Shown: positions 1 to 9,923 of the stretch, piece after piece
Position numbering within the stretch: the first letter of the stretch is position 1
How the letters are laid out: each line of letters starts with the position of its first letter
Source of the DNA: a candidate division WOR-3 bacterium
Lineage (GTDB): Bacteria > Hydrothermota > Tepidihabitantia > Tepidihabitantales > Tepidihabitantaceae
Direction: 5' to 3'
NCBI GenBank assembly: GCA_016867815.1
Contig: VGIR01000003.1
Coordinates: 2,495 to 66,494 of the forward strand
DNA length: 64,000 nucleotides
Program-made: the position numbers and the translations under genes
The notes under the pieces: model-generated
What the model saw: the letters and a program-made list of their open reading frames with translations, nothing else
Told to the model about the DNA's origin: nothing
Database searches by the model: none

Positions 1-1
1 G

Positions 2-319
2 GTGGCAGCGACGTCGGGGTTCGGCGTGATGCTGGCGTCGTTCATCAAGACGACGCGCCAGGGCGGACCGGTGCTCGGCGGCGGCCTCTCCGTTGCCGGG
101 ATGCTCGGCGGCCTTTTCACCCAGGCAGTGCCCAGCATGCCGGCCGCGTTCAACAAGGTCGCCCTGGCCCTGCCCCAGGGCTGGGTGATTCGCGGCTGGA
201 ACCTGGCAATCGCGGGGCGTCCGCCCGCAGACCTGCTGGTGCCGTTCGGAGTGATGCTCGCCTGGGGCGCGGTCTGCTTTGCAGTCGGCGCGCTGGTCTT
301 CCGGCGCAGGTTTGCCTGA
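2..319 (+). CDS. ABC-2 type transporter permease, 5' truncated by window edge
   Basis: Hydrophobic C-terminal ABC-2 helices (LPQGWVIRGW motif); paralogous to the next gene. Confidence 0.8.
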   Translation: MAATSGFGVMLASFIKTTRQGGPVLGGGLSVAGMLGGLFTQAVPSMPAAFNKVALALPQGWVIRGWNLAIAGRPPADLLVPFGVMLAWGAVCFAVGALVFRRRFA

Positions 320-322
320 GCG

Positions 323-1504
323 ATGAGACCGACGCTGGCGATTGCGGCCAAGGACCTGAAGCAGATTCTGCTCGACCGGCGCTCGGCCATCTTCCTGGTG
401 TTGATGCCGGTAGTATTCACCGCCTTCCTCGGCATCGCCTTCCGCTGGCCCGGTCACGAAGACCCGCGACCCGAAGTCGGCGTCTGCGACCTCGATTCGA
501 CCGAACTGAGCGGGCTGGTGACCAGCCAGCTTGAGTCGGGTGGCCTGGTCCAGGTTGAGGAGCTCGGCCGCGCTGCCGCGAGCAAGGTTGACGACCTGAT
601 TCGACGCGGCCGCTACGACCTGGTGCTCGTGGTGCGCGCCGGGTACGCGGAGAGCGCGGCCGCAGGCCCGGCGCTGGAAGCCGTGTGCGACCGGAGCGAA
701 CCGAAGGCGCAGGCGGCTTTGCAGGCGGTCGAGGCGGTCGCCGCCCGGCTGGCCGTCTCTGCGCGCGTCGGGAAACTGGTGGCGGGTCAGGTCGGCGCGG
801 GCGCGAGCGCAGAAGAGATGGCGGTGCGGGCAAGTGCCGGCTGGCAGGAGCCGGCGTTCGCGATTCGGCGCGAGGCCTTCGGGCCGGCCCCGGCAAAGCG
901 GCGAGCGGTGCCCAGGGGGTTTGCCCAGTCGTCGCCCGGCACCCTGGTCCAGTTCGCCATCTTCGGGATGATGACTGCCTCCCTGCTGCTGGTGCTGGAG
1001 CGGCGCAGCCGGACCCTGGGCCGGATGCTCTCGGCACCGGTTTCGCGTTTCCAGGTGATAGCCGGGCACGTGCTGGCGATGTTCACGGTGACGTTCCTGC
1101 AAGGGATCCTGCTCATCGGGCTGGGGCAGTTCGCGTTCAAGGTTGACTACCTGAGCGCGCCGGCCGGGGTGCTGGTGGTGCTGGCGGCGCTCTCGCTCTG
1201 GGTGGCGAGCCTGGGGCTCTGCATCGGCGTGATTGCCAGGACCCAGGAGCAGGTGAGCATGTTTTCGATGCTGGCGATGTTCCTGTTCGCGGCCGGCGGC
1301 GGGGCGTGGTTTCCGCTGGAGATTACCGGGCGCGTCTTCTCGTTCGTCGGCCATCTGCTGCCGAGCGCCTGGGCGATGGATGGGTTCCAGAACGTCGTGC
1401 TGCGGGGGCAGGGATTCGGCTCGGCCCTGGTCCCGGCCCTGGTCATCACCGGATACGCCGCGCTCTTCTTTACGGTCGCGGTCTGGCGCTTCCGGGCAGA
1501 GTAA
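323..1504 (+). CDS. ABC-2 type transporter permease (YbhS/NatB-like)
   Basis: IAAKDLKQILLDRR N-terminus, extracytoplasmic domain, LERRSRTLGRMLSAPVS motif, GGAWFPLE, six TM helices. Confidence 0.9.
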   Translation: MRPTLAIAAKDLKQILLDRRSAIFLVLMPVVFTAFLGIAFRWPGHEDPRPEVGVCDLDSTELSGLVTSQLESGGLVQVEELGRAAASKVDDLIRRGRYDLVLVVRAGYAESAAAGPALEAVCDRSEPKAQAALQAVEAVAARLAVSARVGKLVAGQVGAGASAEEMAVRASAGWQEPAFAIRREAFGPAPAKRRAVPRGFAQSSPGTLVQFAIFGMMTASLLLVLERRSRTLGRMLSAPVSRFQVIAGHVLAMFTVTFLQGILLIGLGQFAFKVDYLSAPAGVLVVLAALSLWVASLGLCIGVIARTQEQVSMFSMLAMFLFAAGGGAWFPLEITGRVFSFVGHLLPSAWAMDGFQNVVLRGQGFGSALVPALVITGYAALFFTVAVWRFRAE

Positions 1505-1511
1505 GAGACTT

Positions 1512-1640
1512 AACACCAAGACACCAAGGCACCAAGGTCCGGACTCGGGAAGGCTGCCAGGTAGGTCAGAGTAGCCCGAGCGCAAGCGCACGCTCAAGCA
1601 CCTGCCAGCCACAAGCCACAAGCCACAAGCCTCAAGCCGA
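1512..1640 (+). repeat. Mixed microrepeat tract: (CACCAAGR)n, (CAAGCN)n, (CAAGCCA)n
   Basis: caccaagacaccaaggcaccaagg and agccacaagccacaagccacaagcctcaagcc read directly. Confidence 0.85.
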
Positions 1641-1648
1641 AAGAGAGA

Positions 1649-1668
1649 GCGGGAGCTTTCGCTCCCGC
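1649..1668. terminator. Hairpin between convergent genes
   Basis: GCGGGAGC-TTTC-GCTCCCGC perfect 8-bp stem. Confidence 0.6.
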
Positions 1669-1691
1669 AATCCAAAGGCCGCGTCCCGAGA

Positions 1692-2777
1692 TCAGCCGCT
1701 GGCGCGGACGTGGAAGATGTCGCCGTCGTTCACGATCTCATCTTTGCCGGCGAGCCGGACAAGGTTCTGGGCGTTCGCCCGCTTCATGCAGCCGACGGCC
1801 ATGAACGTCTTGTGCGGTATCACTTCGGCACGGACGAAAGTCTCGGCCAGGCGGGTGTGAATGGCTCCGGCCGCATCGCGGGCGCAGGTGTTGCGCCGGA
1901 TGGTCCATGCCTTCACTTCGTCTTCTCCGACGGTCAGGAATGATATCAGGCCGACGTGCTCGTAGACTACCCGTGACAGGCGTTGGATGCCGCTTTCGGT
2001 GAAGCCGTATTCGCGCAGGAAGAGTTCGCGGTCAGTCTCGTCGAACTGGCTGATGTCCGACTCGATCTTGCCCGACAGCTCGATGTAGGCGAATCCGTTT
2101 GCCGAGCACTGCTCTTTGACGCAGGCCTGGTCAGGATAGGACTTGGCGCTGAGCTGGTGTTCGTCGGTATTGACCGCGACGATGATTGGCTTGGCGGTGA
2201 ACAGGCAGTAGGTGCCGAGGGTCTTGGACTCGGCCGGAGTCAACTCCTGGCGGCTGACTGGTTGCTCGTCCTCCAACTGCTCGCGGACTGCGGTCAGGAG
2301 CTTGCGTTCCTTCTGCTCCTCGTCGCTGAGCTTGTGGCGTTTCCGCTCCGTTTCGGCGATCCGCTCGAGCCGATTTTCGACTACCGCGAGGTCGCGCAGC
2401 AGCAGTTCGGTGCGGATGGTGTCGAGCTGGGCAGCCGGCGTGTCGCATTTGGCCGGCCAGGCGACCGCGGGATTGACAAAGGCGCGGACCACGCAGAGCA
2501 GGGCGTCCGAGTTCTGGATGAACTGCATCACCCGGCTCTTCTCGCCGCGGGTCGCTTCCAGGTCGAAGCCGGGCATGTCGGTGAACGTGAGGCTGGCCTG
2601 GGTGACCTTCTTCGGGTTGAAGATGGACGCAAGCTCGTCCACGCGCGGGTCGTGGACCAGCGCTGTGCCGGTCACGCCGTCCTTACGCCGCGTCGCCGGA
2701 TCGAGTTGCATGCCGGTGAGGAGTGAGAAGAGAGTCGTCTTCCCGCTCGCCGACAAGCCGAATACGCCAATCACCAT
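1692..2777 (-). CDS. ychF: YchF/Obg-like ATPase (DUF933)
   Basis: P-loop GLSASGKTT, DMPG, LLCVVRAF, LISFLTVGEDEVKAWTI, AAGAIH, FVRAEV, DGDI motifs. Confidence 0.9.
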   Translation of the reverse strand: MVIGVFGLSASGKTTLFSLLTGMQLDPATRRKDGVTGTALVHDPRVDELASIFNPKKVTQASLTFTDMPGFDLEATRGEKSRVMQFIQNSDALLCVVRAFVNPAVAWPAKCDTPAAQLDTIRTELLLRDLAVVENRLERIAETERKRHKLSDEEQKERKLLTAVREQLEDEQPVSRQELTPAESKTLGTYCLFTAKPIIVAVNTDEHQLSAKSYPDQACVKEQCSANGFAYIELSGKIESDISQFDETDRELFLREYGFTESGIQRLSRVVYEHVGLISFLTVGEDEVKAWTIRRNTCARDAAGAIHTRLAETFVRAEVIPHKTFMAVGCMKRANAQNLVRLAGKDEIVNDGDIFHVRASG

Positions 2778-2889
2778 CTGGAGGGTCTCGCTTTCCTGGG
2801 TACGGTTTTGCCTTTGCAGACTACTGCCCGCCGGGTCCGGTTCCAGTCACGGGCGCAGGCAGAGCGCGGGAAGTATAGCAGAAAGTAGG

Positions 2890-3340
2890 AAGTGGTCAAG
2901 AGGTCGAGAGGTCGAGGGATAGAGGGAGAGAGGGATAGAGGGATAGAGGGATAGAGGGATAGAGTGTTCGGACCCTTGGTTCTCTTCGTGATTTCGTGCT
3001 TTCGTGGCAGACTGGTCTGGGTTCTCCCGGTGCCTTGGTGTCTTGGTGGTTGAGTCGGCATGAGGGATCAAGGGATAGAGGGATCGAGGGAGAGAGGGAC
3101 AAAGGGATAGAGGGACAAAGGGATGGAGGGATAGAGGGATCGCTGGGAAGGGTTCCAGGGTTCGAGGGGTCCAGTGGCCGACCCAGCCGGAGGTCGTGGA
3201 CCGGACATGCAGCCGGGTAACGATCCGTCGTTCATCGTTCTTGACCCCAGCGGTCCCTGTCGGACAGTGCGTTCATCGTCACTTCTGACTTCTGCATTCT
3301 GGTCTCTGACTTCTGACTTCGTCCCTTCCTGGGAGCGTGT
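2890..3340. repeat. Intergenic patchwork of microrepeats: two (AGGGATAG)n tracts, TTCGTG 8/9-mers, CTTGGTG 8-mers, TTCTGAC 7-mers
   Basis: Tandem units visible at 2915-2965, 2985-3008, 3029-3050, 3062-3140 and 3282-3320. Confidence 0.85.
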
Positions 3341-3384
3341 CTTTGTGGTTACTCCTCTTCCGGTTCTTGGTCCCGGACGATTTC

Positions 3385-3412
3385 TTGACCGGTGAGCAAA
3401 CGCGGCTAGACT
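3385..3412 (+). promoter_or_regulatory. sigma70-type promoter, leaderless aspS
   Basis: TTGACC-N16-TAGACT ending 6 nt before ATG 3419; no Shine-Dalgarno. Confidence 0.6.
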
Positions 3413-3418
3413 GGCGCC

Positions 3419-4723
3419 ATGCAGCGTACCTTAGCGGCAGACATCGCCAAGCACATCGGTGAAGAAGTCAAGCTCGTCGGCTGGCTGTTTCAGGTCCGCG
3501 AGCTGGGCTCCATCTCTTTCGTCGTGGTTCGAGACCGTACCGGCACCGCGCAGGCGGTGATTCTCGAACCCGCCAAGCACGACCTTTCGCAACTGAAGCG
3601 CGAGAGCCTGGTCGAGGTGTACGGCACGGTGAAGGCCGAGCCGCAGGCGAAGCGCGGGGCCGAACTCCTGTTCAAGGAAGTCAGAGTGCTGGCCGAGCCG
3701 GTGGCAGAGCTGCCGTTCGAGGTGAACCGCTCCAAGAAGAAGCTGAACCTGAAGATCGACTCGGTGCTCGACCACCGGGCGTTCAGCCTGCGCAACCCGG
3801 AGATAGCGGCGCCGTTCAGGGTGCAGGGAGAGATCGTCCGGACCTTTTCCGACTACTTACGCGGTCTGGGGTTCACCGAGGTGCACACGTCCAAGATCGT
3901 GTCGGCCGGGACCGAAGGCGGGACCGCGCTCTTTCCCATCAAGTACTTCGAGCAGACGGCCTTCCTGGCCCAGAGCCCGCAGTTCTACAAGCAGATGCTG
4001 GTGGGCGCCGGGTTCGAGCGGGTGTTCGAAGTCGGCTTCGTCTACCGGGCTGAGGACCACGCGACCTCGCGCCACATCAATGAGTACCTGTCGCTCGACT
4101 TCGAGATGGGATTCATCGATTCGTACACCGACGTGATTGACGTGGAACGCGGCTTCCTGAGGAAGATGGTCGAGAACATCGGCATGGCCTGCGCGGACGA
4201 GATGGCCTTGCTCAAGGCCGAGTTGCCGAAGACAGGCGACATTCCCGAGATTCGACTCAAGGACGCGCTCGCGATCCTGGCGAAGGACTACAAGCGGGAC
4301 ACCAAGGACATGGTCGACCTCGACCCGGAGGGCGAGCGGCAGATATGCGATTACGCCCTGAAGACGCATGGCAGCGAGTTCGTCTTCATCAGCCGCTACC
4401 CGCGCAAGGCGCGGCCGTTCTACACCATGCCCGACCCGGATGACGAGGAATCCACGCTCGGCTTCGACTGCCTGTTCCGGGGCCTTGAGGTGACGACCGG
4501 GAGCCAGCGCATCCACGACTACAACATGTTGGTGGAGAGTATCAAGCGTATCGGCGGAAACCCGGACAGCTTCAACTTCTACCTGGAGATATTCAGGTAC
4601 GCGATGCCGCCGCACGGCGGGCTGGCCATCGGCGCGGAGCGGCTGACCCAGCAGATTCTGAACCTCGGCAACGTGCGCGAGGCAAGCTTCTTCCCGCGCG
4701 ACCGGTTCCGGCTCACGCCGTAG
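3419..4723 (+). CDS. aspS: Aspartate--tRNA(Asp/Asn) ligase, short archaeal-type non-discriminating form
   Basis: OB fold, EGGTALF, LAQSPQFYKQ, YRAE..TSRHINEY, PPHGGLAIGAERL, FPRDRFRLTP; 434 aa without GAD insert. Confidence 0.92.
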   Translation: MQRTLAADIAKHIGEEVKLVGWLFQVRELGSISFVVVRDRTGTAQAVILEPAKHDLSQLKRESLVEVYGTVKAEPQAKRGAELLFKEVRVLAEPVAELPFEVNRSKKKLNLKIDSVLDHRAFSLRNPEIAAPFRVQGEIVRTFSDYLRGLGFTEVHTSKIVSAGTEGGTALFPIKYFEQTAFLAQSPQFYKQMLVGAGFERVFEVGFVYRAEDHATSRHINEYLSLDFEMGFIDSYTDVIDVERGFLRKMVENIGMACADEMALLKAELPKTGDIPEIRLKDALAILAKDYKRDTKDMVDLDPEGERQICDYALKTHGSEFVFISRYPRKARPFYTMPDPDDEESTLGFDCLFRGLEVTTGSQRIHDYNMLVESIKRIGGNPDSFNFYLEIFRYAMPPHGGLAIGAERLTQQILNLGNVREASFFPRDRFRLTP

Positions 4724-4893
4724 CCGCGTTTCACGCACAACGCACGATACATCACTCCGGAGCGGCTGGGTCGGATTTCGGCGTCAGGCTTCAGGCGTGA
4801 GGCTCCTGCCGCCCGCGCCTGTTTGACTCTGTTCGGAGGGCCGTCTAGAATTGTAGAGTGACAGGAGAATGCCAGTACCAGGAGAATAGTGTG

Positions 4894-7053
4894 ATGAAGA
4901 TCTCAGCAGGGCTGATGGCCCTTTTTGTCTTGGCCGTGGCGATGCCGATGCCGGATGCCGGAGCGACTCCGCCCAACGCCGTCCCGTTCGCAACCGCGCG
5001 CCAGGTCGCGCTTAACCGGGCGGCGATCGAGTACCCGGGCGCCCGGCTCGGCACCGTTGTCCCATACGTCGATGAGGACGGGAACGCTGTCGCCTGGATG
5101 TTCCACTTCCGGGTTGACGGGAAGGAGTTCCCGAGATACGAACAGGTCGCGGCCGACGTCCAGGCCGAGCGGCAGACCCTGACCGTGAACACCGATCTGT
5201 CACGCTGGCGATCGCAGTACAGCCACATTCTCGTGTCGGCGCGCCGCGACCGGGCACCGGTAATCCGCTTCGGCTACGGCACTTCCGAGTACTACGCGCT
5301 GGCATCCAGGGCGCAGTCGCGGGCAAGGCAGATGCTCGGACCTGATGCCGGATTGACGCGCATCTACTATGTCAGTCCCACCACCTATCTCGAGTTCACC
5401 AACCGGGCGGGCAAGACGGCCGTGTTTAGCCAGCACTTCGAGCGGACTTGGGATTCGCGTGAGGAGTTCGCCGGTTACGTGACGGAGGCGCGGGCGCAGC
5501 TCCGGCAGCAATACCCGGGCGAGGATGCCGCGGCCGCCAAGCACCATAGCGCACTCTGGGACCGGGCGCTCGACGGCAAACTGGGCAGGTTCAGCGAGGT
5601 ATTCGTGCCGAACATCGGGCTCGCCCCTTTCTATGACTGGAGCTACGGGTGCACGCCGACCTCGGGCGCGATGGTCTGCGGCTACGTGGACCGGGTTCAG
5701 AAGTCGGGCCGGCTGGTAGATTGGTACGTCCAACGCTACGACGGGGTCGAGGGAGAGAGCGACTGGCAAATCCCCAACGTGCAGCGGGAATGCGCCATCG
5801 AGATGAACACCGACACGACGTTCGGCGGTACAAGTATCCTCTTCATTGCCAACGGTCTTCTCCAGGTCGGGTACAACAACGACTACAACGGCTGGGCAGT
5901 GACGAACGTCACGGGCCGGACCAGCAACGACTGGGCCTGGTCTACTATCACCTCGCAGATCAACGCCGGCCACGCGATGATCTGGTCACCCCTGTGGGAG
6001 GCACATTCGCTGGCCTGCTTCGGGTACCGCACCGAGGACAAGTACGTGTACGTCCACAATACCTGGTGGATGCCGGCTGAGTGGTGGGCGCATTCGGGCA
6101 GCGACGTATCTCATGTTGCTGCCGTCACCCCCGACGCCGGAGATGCACGCAACATCCGGCTGACCTATCCGCTGGGTGATACGTTCTACAATTCGACCGG
6201 CCGCGGCGAGGTGCTATACGTCGGCGATACCGTACGCATCACCTGGGAGAGCGGCACGCCGGGCACGAGCGTCGATATCGATGTCTCGACCGATGGCGGG
6301 GCGACCTGGCAGGTCGCGGCCGCCGATGTGGCCGACAGCGGCGCATATCACTGGTACATACCGCCCTCCATTCCCACCTGCGATTCGGTCCGGCTGCGGG
6401 TAGGTCAGTACAGTGGGTCGACTCTGACCTCGGCCGACGGCACGTTCGGTTGTTTCCACGTGCTGAAGGAGCCGGTGCCGCCGCCGCAGATTGCCCCGCC
6501 CAACGGGTTGCCGATACCCTCGGACAACCTCCCGGTTGTACTTGAGGTCGACTCGGTCCGGGCGGCCTGTGACAGCATTCACTTCAAGCTGGTGCAGGGA
6601 CTCGACACCCTGCTGGAGCAGAACGGCACCACGGCTCATTTCCTATTGCCCGATTCCATCCTCAAGTTGAACAAGATCTACAAGTGGATAGTGCGGGGGC
6701 GGAACCAGTGGGGATGGGGCAAGTGGGGCACGCCGTGGTCGTTCCGCGTTGTGGCAGCCGGCGCTCAGGAAGAGAAGCCGTCCGCCGTTCTGCCTGTGTT
6801 CTTGGTGCCGGCAGTGAGTCGGTTGGGCGCCGGCAGCGTCCAGTTCGACGTGCGCATGGCAGCGCCGGGCAGCAAGTTGATTGTGTATGACGCATTCGGT
6901 AGCCTCATCCGCGAACTCGTGGTGGCGCAACCGAGTCGGCTGGCCTGGGACATGACCGATGCGAGCGGCCGGAAGCTGGCGGCCGGGCTCTACTTCGCCC
7001 GCCTTGCCGGTGGCGCGAACCAGCCGAGCGCGAAGCTGGTCCTCCTCGACTGA
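4894..7053 (+). CDS. Secreted papain-like (C39/C10-like) cysteine peptidase with Ig-like domains and FlgD-Ig/T9SS-type C-terminal domain
   Basis: Signal peptide; WSYGCTPTSG Cys, HSLACFGY His, VHNTW; C-terminal WDMTDASGRKLAAGLYF; AGGAG RBS and TTGACT-N17-TAGAAT upstream. Confidence 0.7.
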   Translation: MKISAGLMALFVLAVAMPMPDAGATPPNAVPFATARQVALNRAAIEYPGARLGTVVPYVDEDGNAVAWMFHFRVDGKEFPRYEQVAADVQAERQTLTVNTDLSRWRSQYSHILVSARRDRAPVIRFGYGTSEYYALASRAQSRARQMLGPDAGLTRIYYVSPTTYLEFTNRAGKTAVFSQHFERTWDSREEFAGYVTEARAQLRQQYPGEDAAAAKHHSALWDRALDGKLGRFSEVFVPNIGLAPFYDWSYGCTPTSGAMVCGYVDRVQKSGRLVDWYVQRYDGVEGESDWQIPNVQRECAIEMNTDTTFGGTSILFIANGLLQVGYNNDYNGWAVTNVTGRTSNDWAWSTITSQINAGHAMIWSPLWEAHSLACFGYRTEDKYVYVHNTWWMPAEWWAHSGSDVSHVAAVTPDAGDARNIRLTYPLGDTFYNSTGRGEVLYVGDTVRITWESGTPGTSVDIDVSTDGGATWQVAAADVADSGAYHWYIPPSIPTCDSVRLRVGQYSGSTLTSADGTFGCFHVLKEPVPPPQIAPPNGLPIPSDNLPVVLEVDSVRAACDSIHFKLVQGLDTLLEQNGTTAHFLLPDSILKLNKIYKWIVRGRNQWGWGKWGTPWSFRVVAAGAQEEKPSAVLPVFLVPAVSRLGAGSVQFDVRMAAPGSKLIVYDAFGSLIRELVVAQPSRLAWDMTDASGRKLAAGLYFARLAGGANQPSAKLVLLD

Positions 7054-7076
7054 GATAGTCCGACGCTAAGAAACTA

Positions 7077-7097
7077 AGGGTCCGGATTCCGGACCCT
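7077..7097. terminator. Hairpin between convergent genes
   Basis: AGGGTCCGGA-T-TCCGGACCCT inverted repeat. Confidence 0.55.
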
Positions 7098-7173
7098 CTT
7101 GCTTGTGGCCTTTTGCCTCCGTGGCCAGCCCCTTCTGGTTCCGGCGCGCGGGTGGGCTCGGCCAGGAGAGGAG

Positions 7174-8382
7174 TTAGTCGACGGGTTCTGGAGCTGGGAC
7201 TATCGTCGGTCTCGGGTGACGGAAGGCCGGCAGGGCAATCAGGGCGCCCACGAGCACGATACCCGCGCCGAAGAAGAACGGCAGGTTGATGTGCAGACCG
7301 TATAGCCAGCCGGCCAGCACCGGGCCGACTATCCTGCCGAGCGAGTCGAAGGAACTGACCACGCCCATCGTCGCGCCCTGCCCGGCATCGGTCTGCTTCG
7401 ACACGGCAGAACTGAGCCCGGGTCGGACCAACGAACCACCGGCCATGTTGAGGGCCACGAACACCGTTAGCGAAACCAGGTTCCATGACTGCGTCAGGAG
7501 TATGAAGCCGATGGCGGTGCCGACAAGTCCCGCGAGGATGAGACGGTTCTCACCGTAGCGGTTGATCGCCGGGCCGACAAGCAATCCCTGCATCAGCACC
7601 GACACGACGCCGATGACGGTGAAGACCAGCCCCATTTCACGCGGTCCGAACCCGAACCTGTCGAGGGAGAAGTAGGCGAAGATGCCCTCGAGGTTGGCCG
7701 CCGCGAAGCTGGTCAGGAAGGCGATGACGAAGTAGATCGCGAGCTCGCTCCTGAGCGCGTTGGCCAGCTCCCGCAGGCGGTGCGGCTTCTTCTCCCGAGT
7801 GCCGGTGACACGTCGCTCGCGGGGAAGACTCTCAGGCAGGTATGCCCAGGCCAGGGGAATCAGAAGGGCCACCAGTCCGGCCGCCACGAAGAACGGCGCC
7901 TGGAAGCTGTTCGTGAAGTGCGAGACAGACCCGCCGATGGCCGGGCCGAAGATGACGCCCGCACCCATTGCGGCGCCGAATATCCCCATCCCTGCTCCCC
8001 GCTCGTGCTCACCGGTTACGTCCGAGATGAACGCCATCGCCGTGGGCAGAACCGCAGACGAAAGGATGCCGCCCAGGACCCGGGAGACAAAGAGCATTGC
8101 CACGCTGCTAGCGAAGCCGTTGACGAGGTGCGACAGCATGTAGCCGACGAGGCCGATCATGAGTACCGGTTTGCGGCCGATGCGGTCCGAGACCGTGCCC
8201 CAGATCGGGGCGAATATGAATTGGAAGAATGAGAACGTAGCCATAATCATGCCGAGGTGAAGCGACGTCGCTCCCAGGGACTTCGCATACATGGGTAGTA
8301 CGGGTATGATGATGCCGAACCCCATCATCGCCACGAAGAGGCCGAAGAAGAGTATGGCTACGCTGCGGTTTTTCAATAACAT
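7174..8382 (-). CDS. MFS transporter, TetA/DHA1 family
   Basis: GFGIIIPVLP, motif A GTVSDRIGRKPVL, motif C GVIFGPAIGG; 12 TM; start moved to ATG 8382. Confidence 0.9.
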   Translation of the reverse strand: MLLKNRSVAILFFGLFVAMMGFGIIIPVLPMYAKSLGATSLHLGMIMATFSFFQFIFAPIWGTVSDRIGRKPVLMIGLVGYMLSHLVNGFASSVAMLFVSRVLGGILSSAVLPTAMAFISDVTGEHERGAGMGIFGAAMGAGVIFGPAIGGSVSHFTNSFQAPFFVAAGLVALLIPLAWAYLPESLPRERRVTGTREKKPHRLRELANALRSELAIYFVIAFLTSFAAANLEGIFAYFSLDRFGFGPREMGLVFTVIGVVSVLMQGLLVGPAINRYGENRLILAGLVGTAIGFILLTQSWNLVSLTVFVALNMAGGSLVRPGLSSAVSKQTDAGQGATMGVVSSFDSLGRIVGPVLAGWLYGLHINLPFFFGAGIVLVGALIALPAFRHPRPTIVPAPEPVD

Positions 8383-8595
8383 GCGCAAGACGATTAGACG
8401 CGCGACACCAGCAGGCCGGTTCGCCAAAGCGTCAGCGCGGTCCGCGGCGATCGACCCGCGGGCCGGAAGTGGTGAGGCGTTTGGATGCGGGGGCCGCCGT
8501 TGTCTCTGAGCATGCCCCTCCCCGAAGTCGTGGAGGAGGATAAACGAGAAACCGGGGCAGCAGGGCCGCCCCGGTATGCAGCCTAGGTCTGTGGT

Positions 8596-9018
8596 CTATT
8601 GCTGCGGAGGGACAGGCGGGGGCGCGGGCTGGTAGGCGTCGGTCCGGTCGGCCGGCTCGTTCTTGCGCGCTACCCGGATGATGGCAAAACAGGCAAGCAT
8701 GGCCAGGCCGATGAATCCGAAGATGAATCCGCCGGTGTAGTCATTGCCCTGTCTGGCCATCTCGCCCGCGAACAGGGCCAGCCCGAAGGCAAAGAGTATA
8801 GCTCCGGTGATTAGCAGGCCGTAGTAGTTGCCCTTCTGTTTGCGGGGCGGAGGCGGCATCATTCCCTGTTCTATCATCTTCATCCGTTCTTTGTGCCGCC
8901 GGTTCACAACCGCCAGGACAATGGCCAGCAGGGCGATAATCGCCAGTATTGCTGGCGCGAATACCAGCGTGACGACCACAATCCCGGTCGCCGAATCAAG
9001 GAAGGCAGATGGGGTCAT
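8596..9018 (-). CDS. Membrane protein, DUF6249-like
   Basis: TM followed by HKERMKMIEQG, then two TM helices. Confidence 0.65.
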   Translation of the reverse strand: MTPSAFLDSATGIVVVTLVFAPAILAIIALLAIVLAVVNRRHKERMKMIEQGMMPPPPRKQKGNYYGLLITGAILFAFGLALFAGEMARQGNDYTGGFIFGFIGLAMLACFAIIRVARKNEPADRTDAYQPAPPPVPPQQ

Positions 9019-9030
9019 ATCAGGCTCCTC

Positions 9031-9273
9031 TCACTTACTGATTTCCGTGAGCCGCGCCACCGCACCCACGCTCAATGGACGCGAAGCGCGTACGACGATT
9101 TCACTCACGACGTTGAAGGAGCGGTCGGCCGTGCACACTATCTCCGGCATCAGACCGACCGCGCGACGGGCGGTGCTCTTCAGGGCAAAGCCAAGGGCTA
9201 TCCCGAGCACCAGCACCAGGGCTGGCAGCGCTACCAGCAGGGCTGTCTTGTGGCTGTTTCTGACTTGTGCCAT
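9031..9273 (-). CDS. Small membrane-anchored hypothetical protein
   Basis: One TM helix followed by EIVCTA/EIVVRA motifs; upstream of the DUF6249-like gene. Confidence 0.5.
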   Translation of the reverse strand: MAQVRNSHKTALLVALPALVLVLGIALGFALKSTARRAVGLMPEIVCTADRSFNVVSEIVVRASRPLSVGAVARLTEISK

Positions 9274-9344
9274 TTCGCCCGTAGGACGTCCGGGCTTGCC
9301 AGTTTGTTGCGCCGGGTGTAACATCCGAGGCAGAACGGCGTCTT

Positions 9345-9923
9345 ATGTCGAGACAGATGGAGATCGCATCCGAAGACGTCCTGGTGAGCCGCTCCGCACG
9401 GGGCGACGAACAGGCGTTTGGGGTGCTGGTTGAACGCTACAAAGGAATGCTGTACTCAATGTCACGTCGGTTGATGAAGGACCCGGGCAGGGCCGAGGAT
9501 GCGGCCCAGGAGTCCTTCATCAAGGCGTGGGCCGCCCTGCCCGGTTTCAAGGGTGAATCGAAGTTCTCGTCGTGGCTCTACCGTATATGCTACAACACGT
9601 GCATCAGCGAGTTGCGCAAACGCAAGCCCGAGGTCGAACTCGACGAGGCGACGGGCGTGCCGGTTGAGGGGCCGGCGCAGGACTTCCTGAACCGCAACAT
9701 CCAGGCCACGATCCAGGAAGAGGTTAGCAGGCTGCCGGACGACTATCGTGCCGCCGTGACCCTGTACCATTTCAGCGGCCTTTCCTACGAGGAGATTGCG
9801 AAGCTGACCCACAAGCCGATGGGCACGGTAAAAGCCCATATCCACCGGGCCCGGGCGGTGCTCAGGACGCGGCTGGTGGAGCGAATCGGCTGGGACAATT
9901 TGAAAGAGGTGATGTGGCAATGA
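9345..9923 (+). CDS. ECF RNA polymerase sigma factor
   Basis: GDEQAFGVLVERY, AEDAAQESFIKAW, FSSWLYRI, GLSYEEIA, GTVKAHIHRAR. Confidence 0.95.
   Translation: MSRQMEIASEDVLVSRSARGDEQAFGVLVERYKGMLYSMSRRLMKDPGRAEDAAQESFIKAWAALPGFKGESKFSSWLYRICYNTCISELRKRKPEVELDEATGVPVEGPAQDFLNRNIQATIQEEVSRLPDDYRAAVTLYHFSGLSYEEIAKLTHKPMGTVKAHIHRARAVLRTRLVERIGWDNLKEVMWQ

Noticed and set aside
2771..3395. Short ORFs in the ychF-aspS spacer
   Set aside because: Translations are microrepeat artefacts (LSLYPSIP, RDRGIEG).
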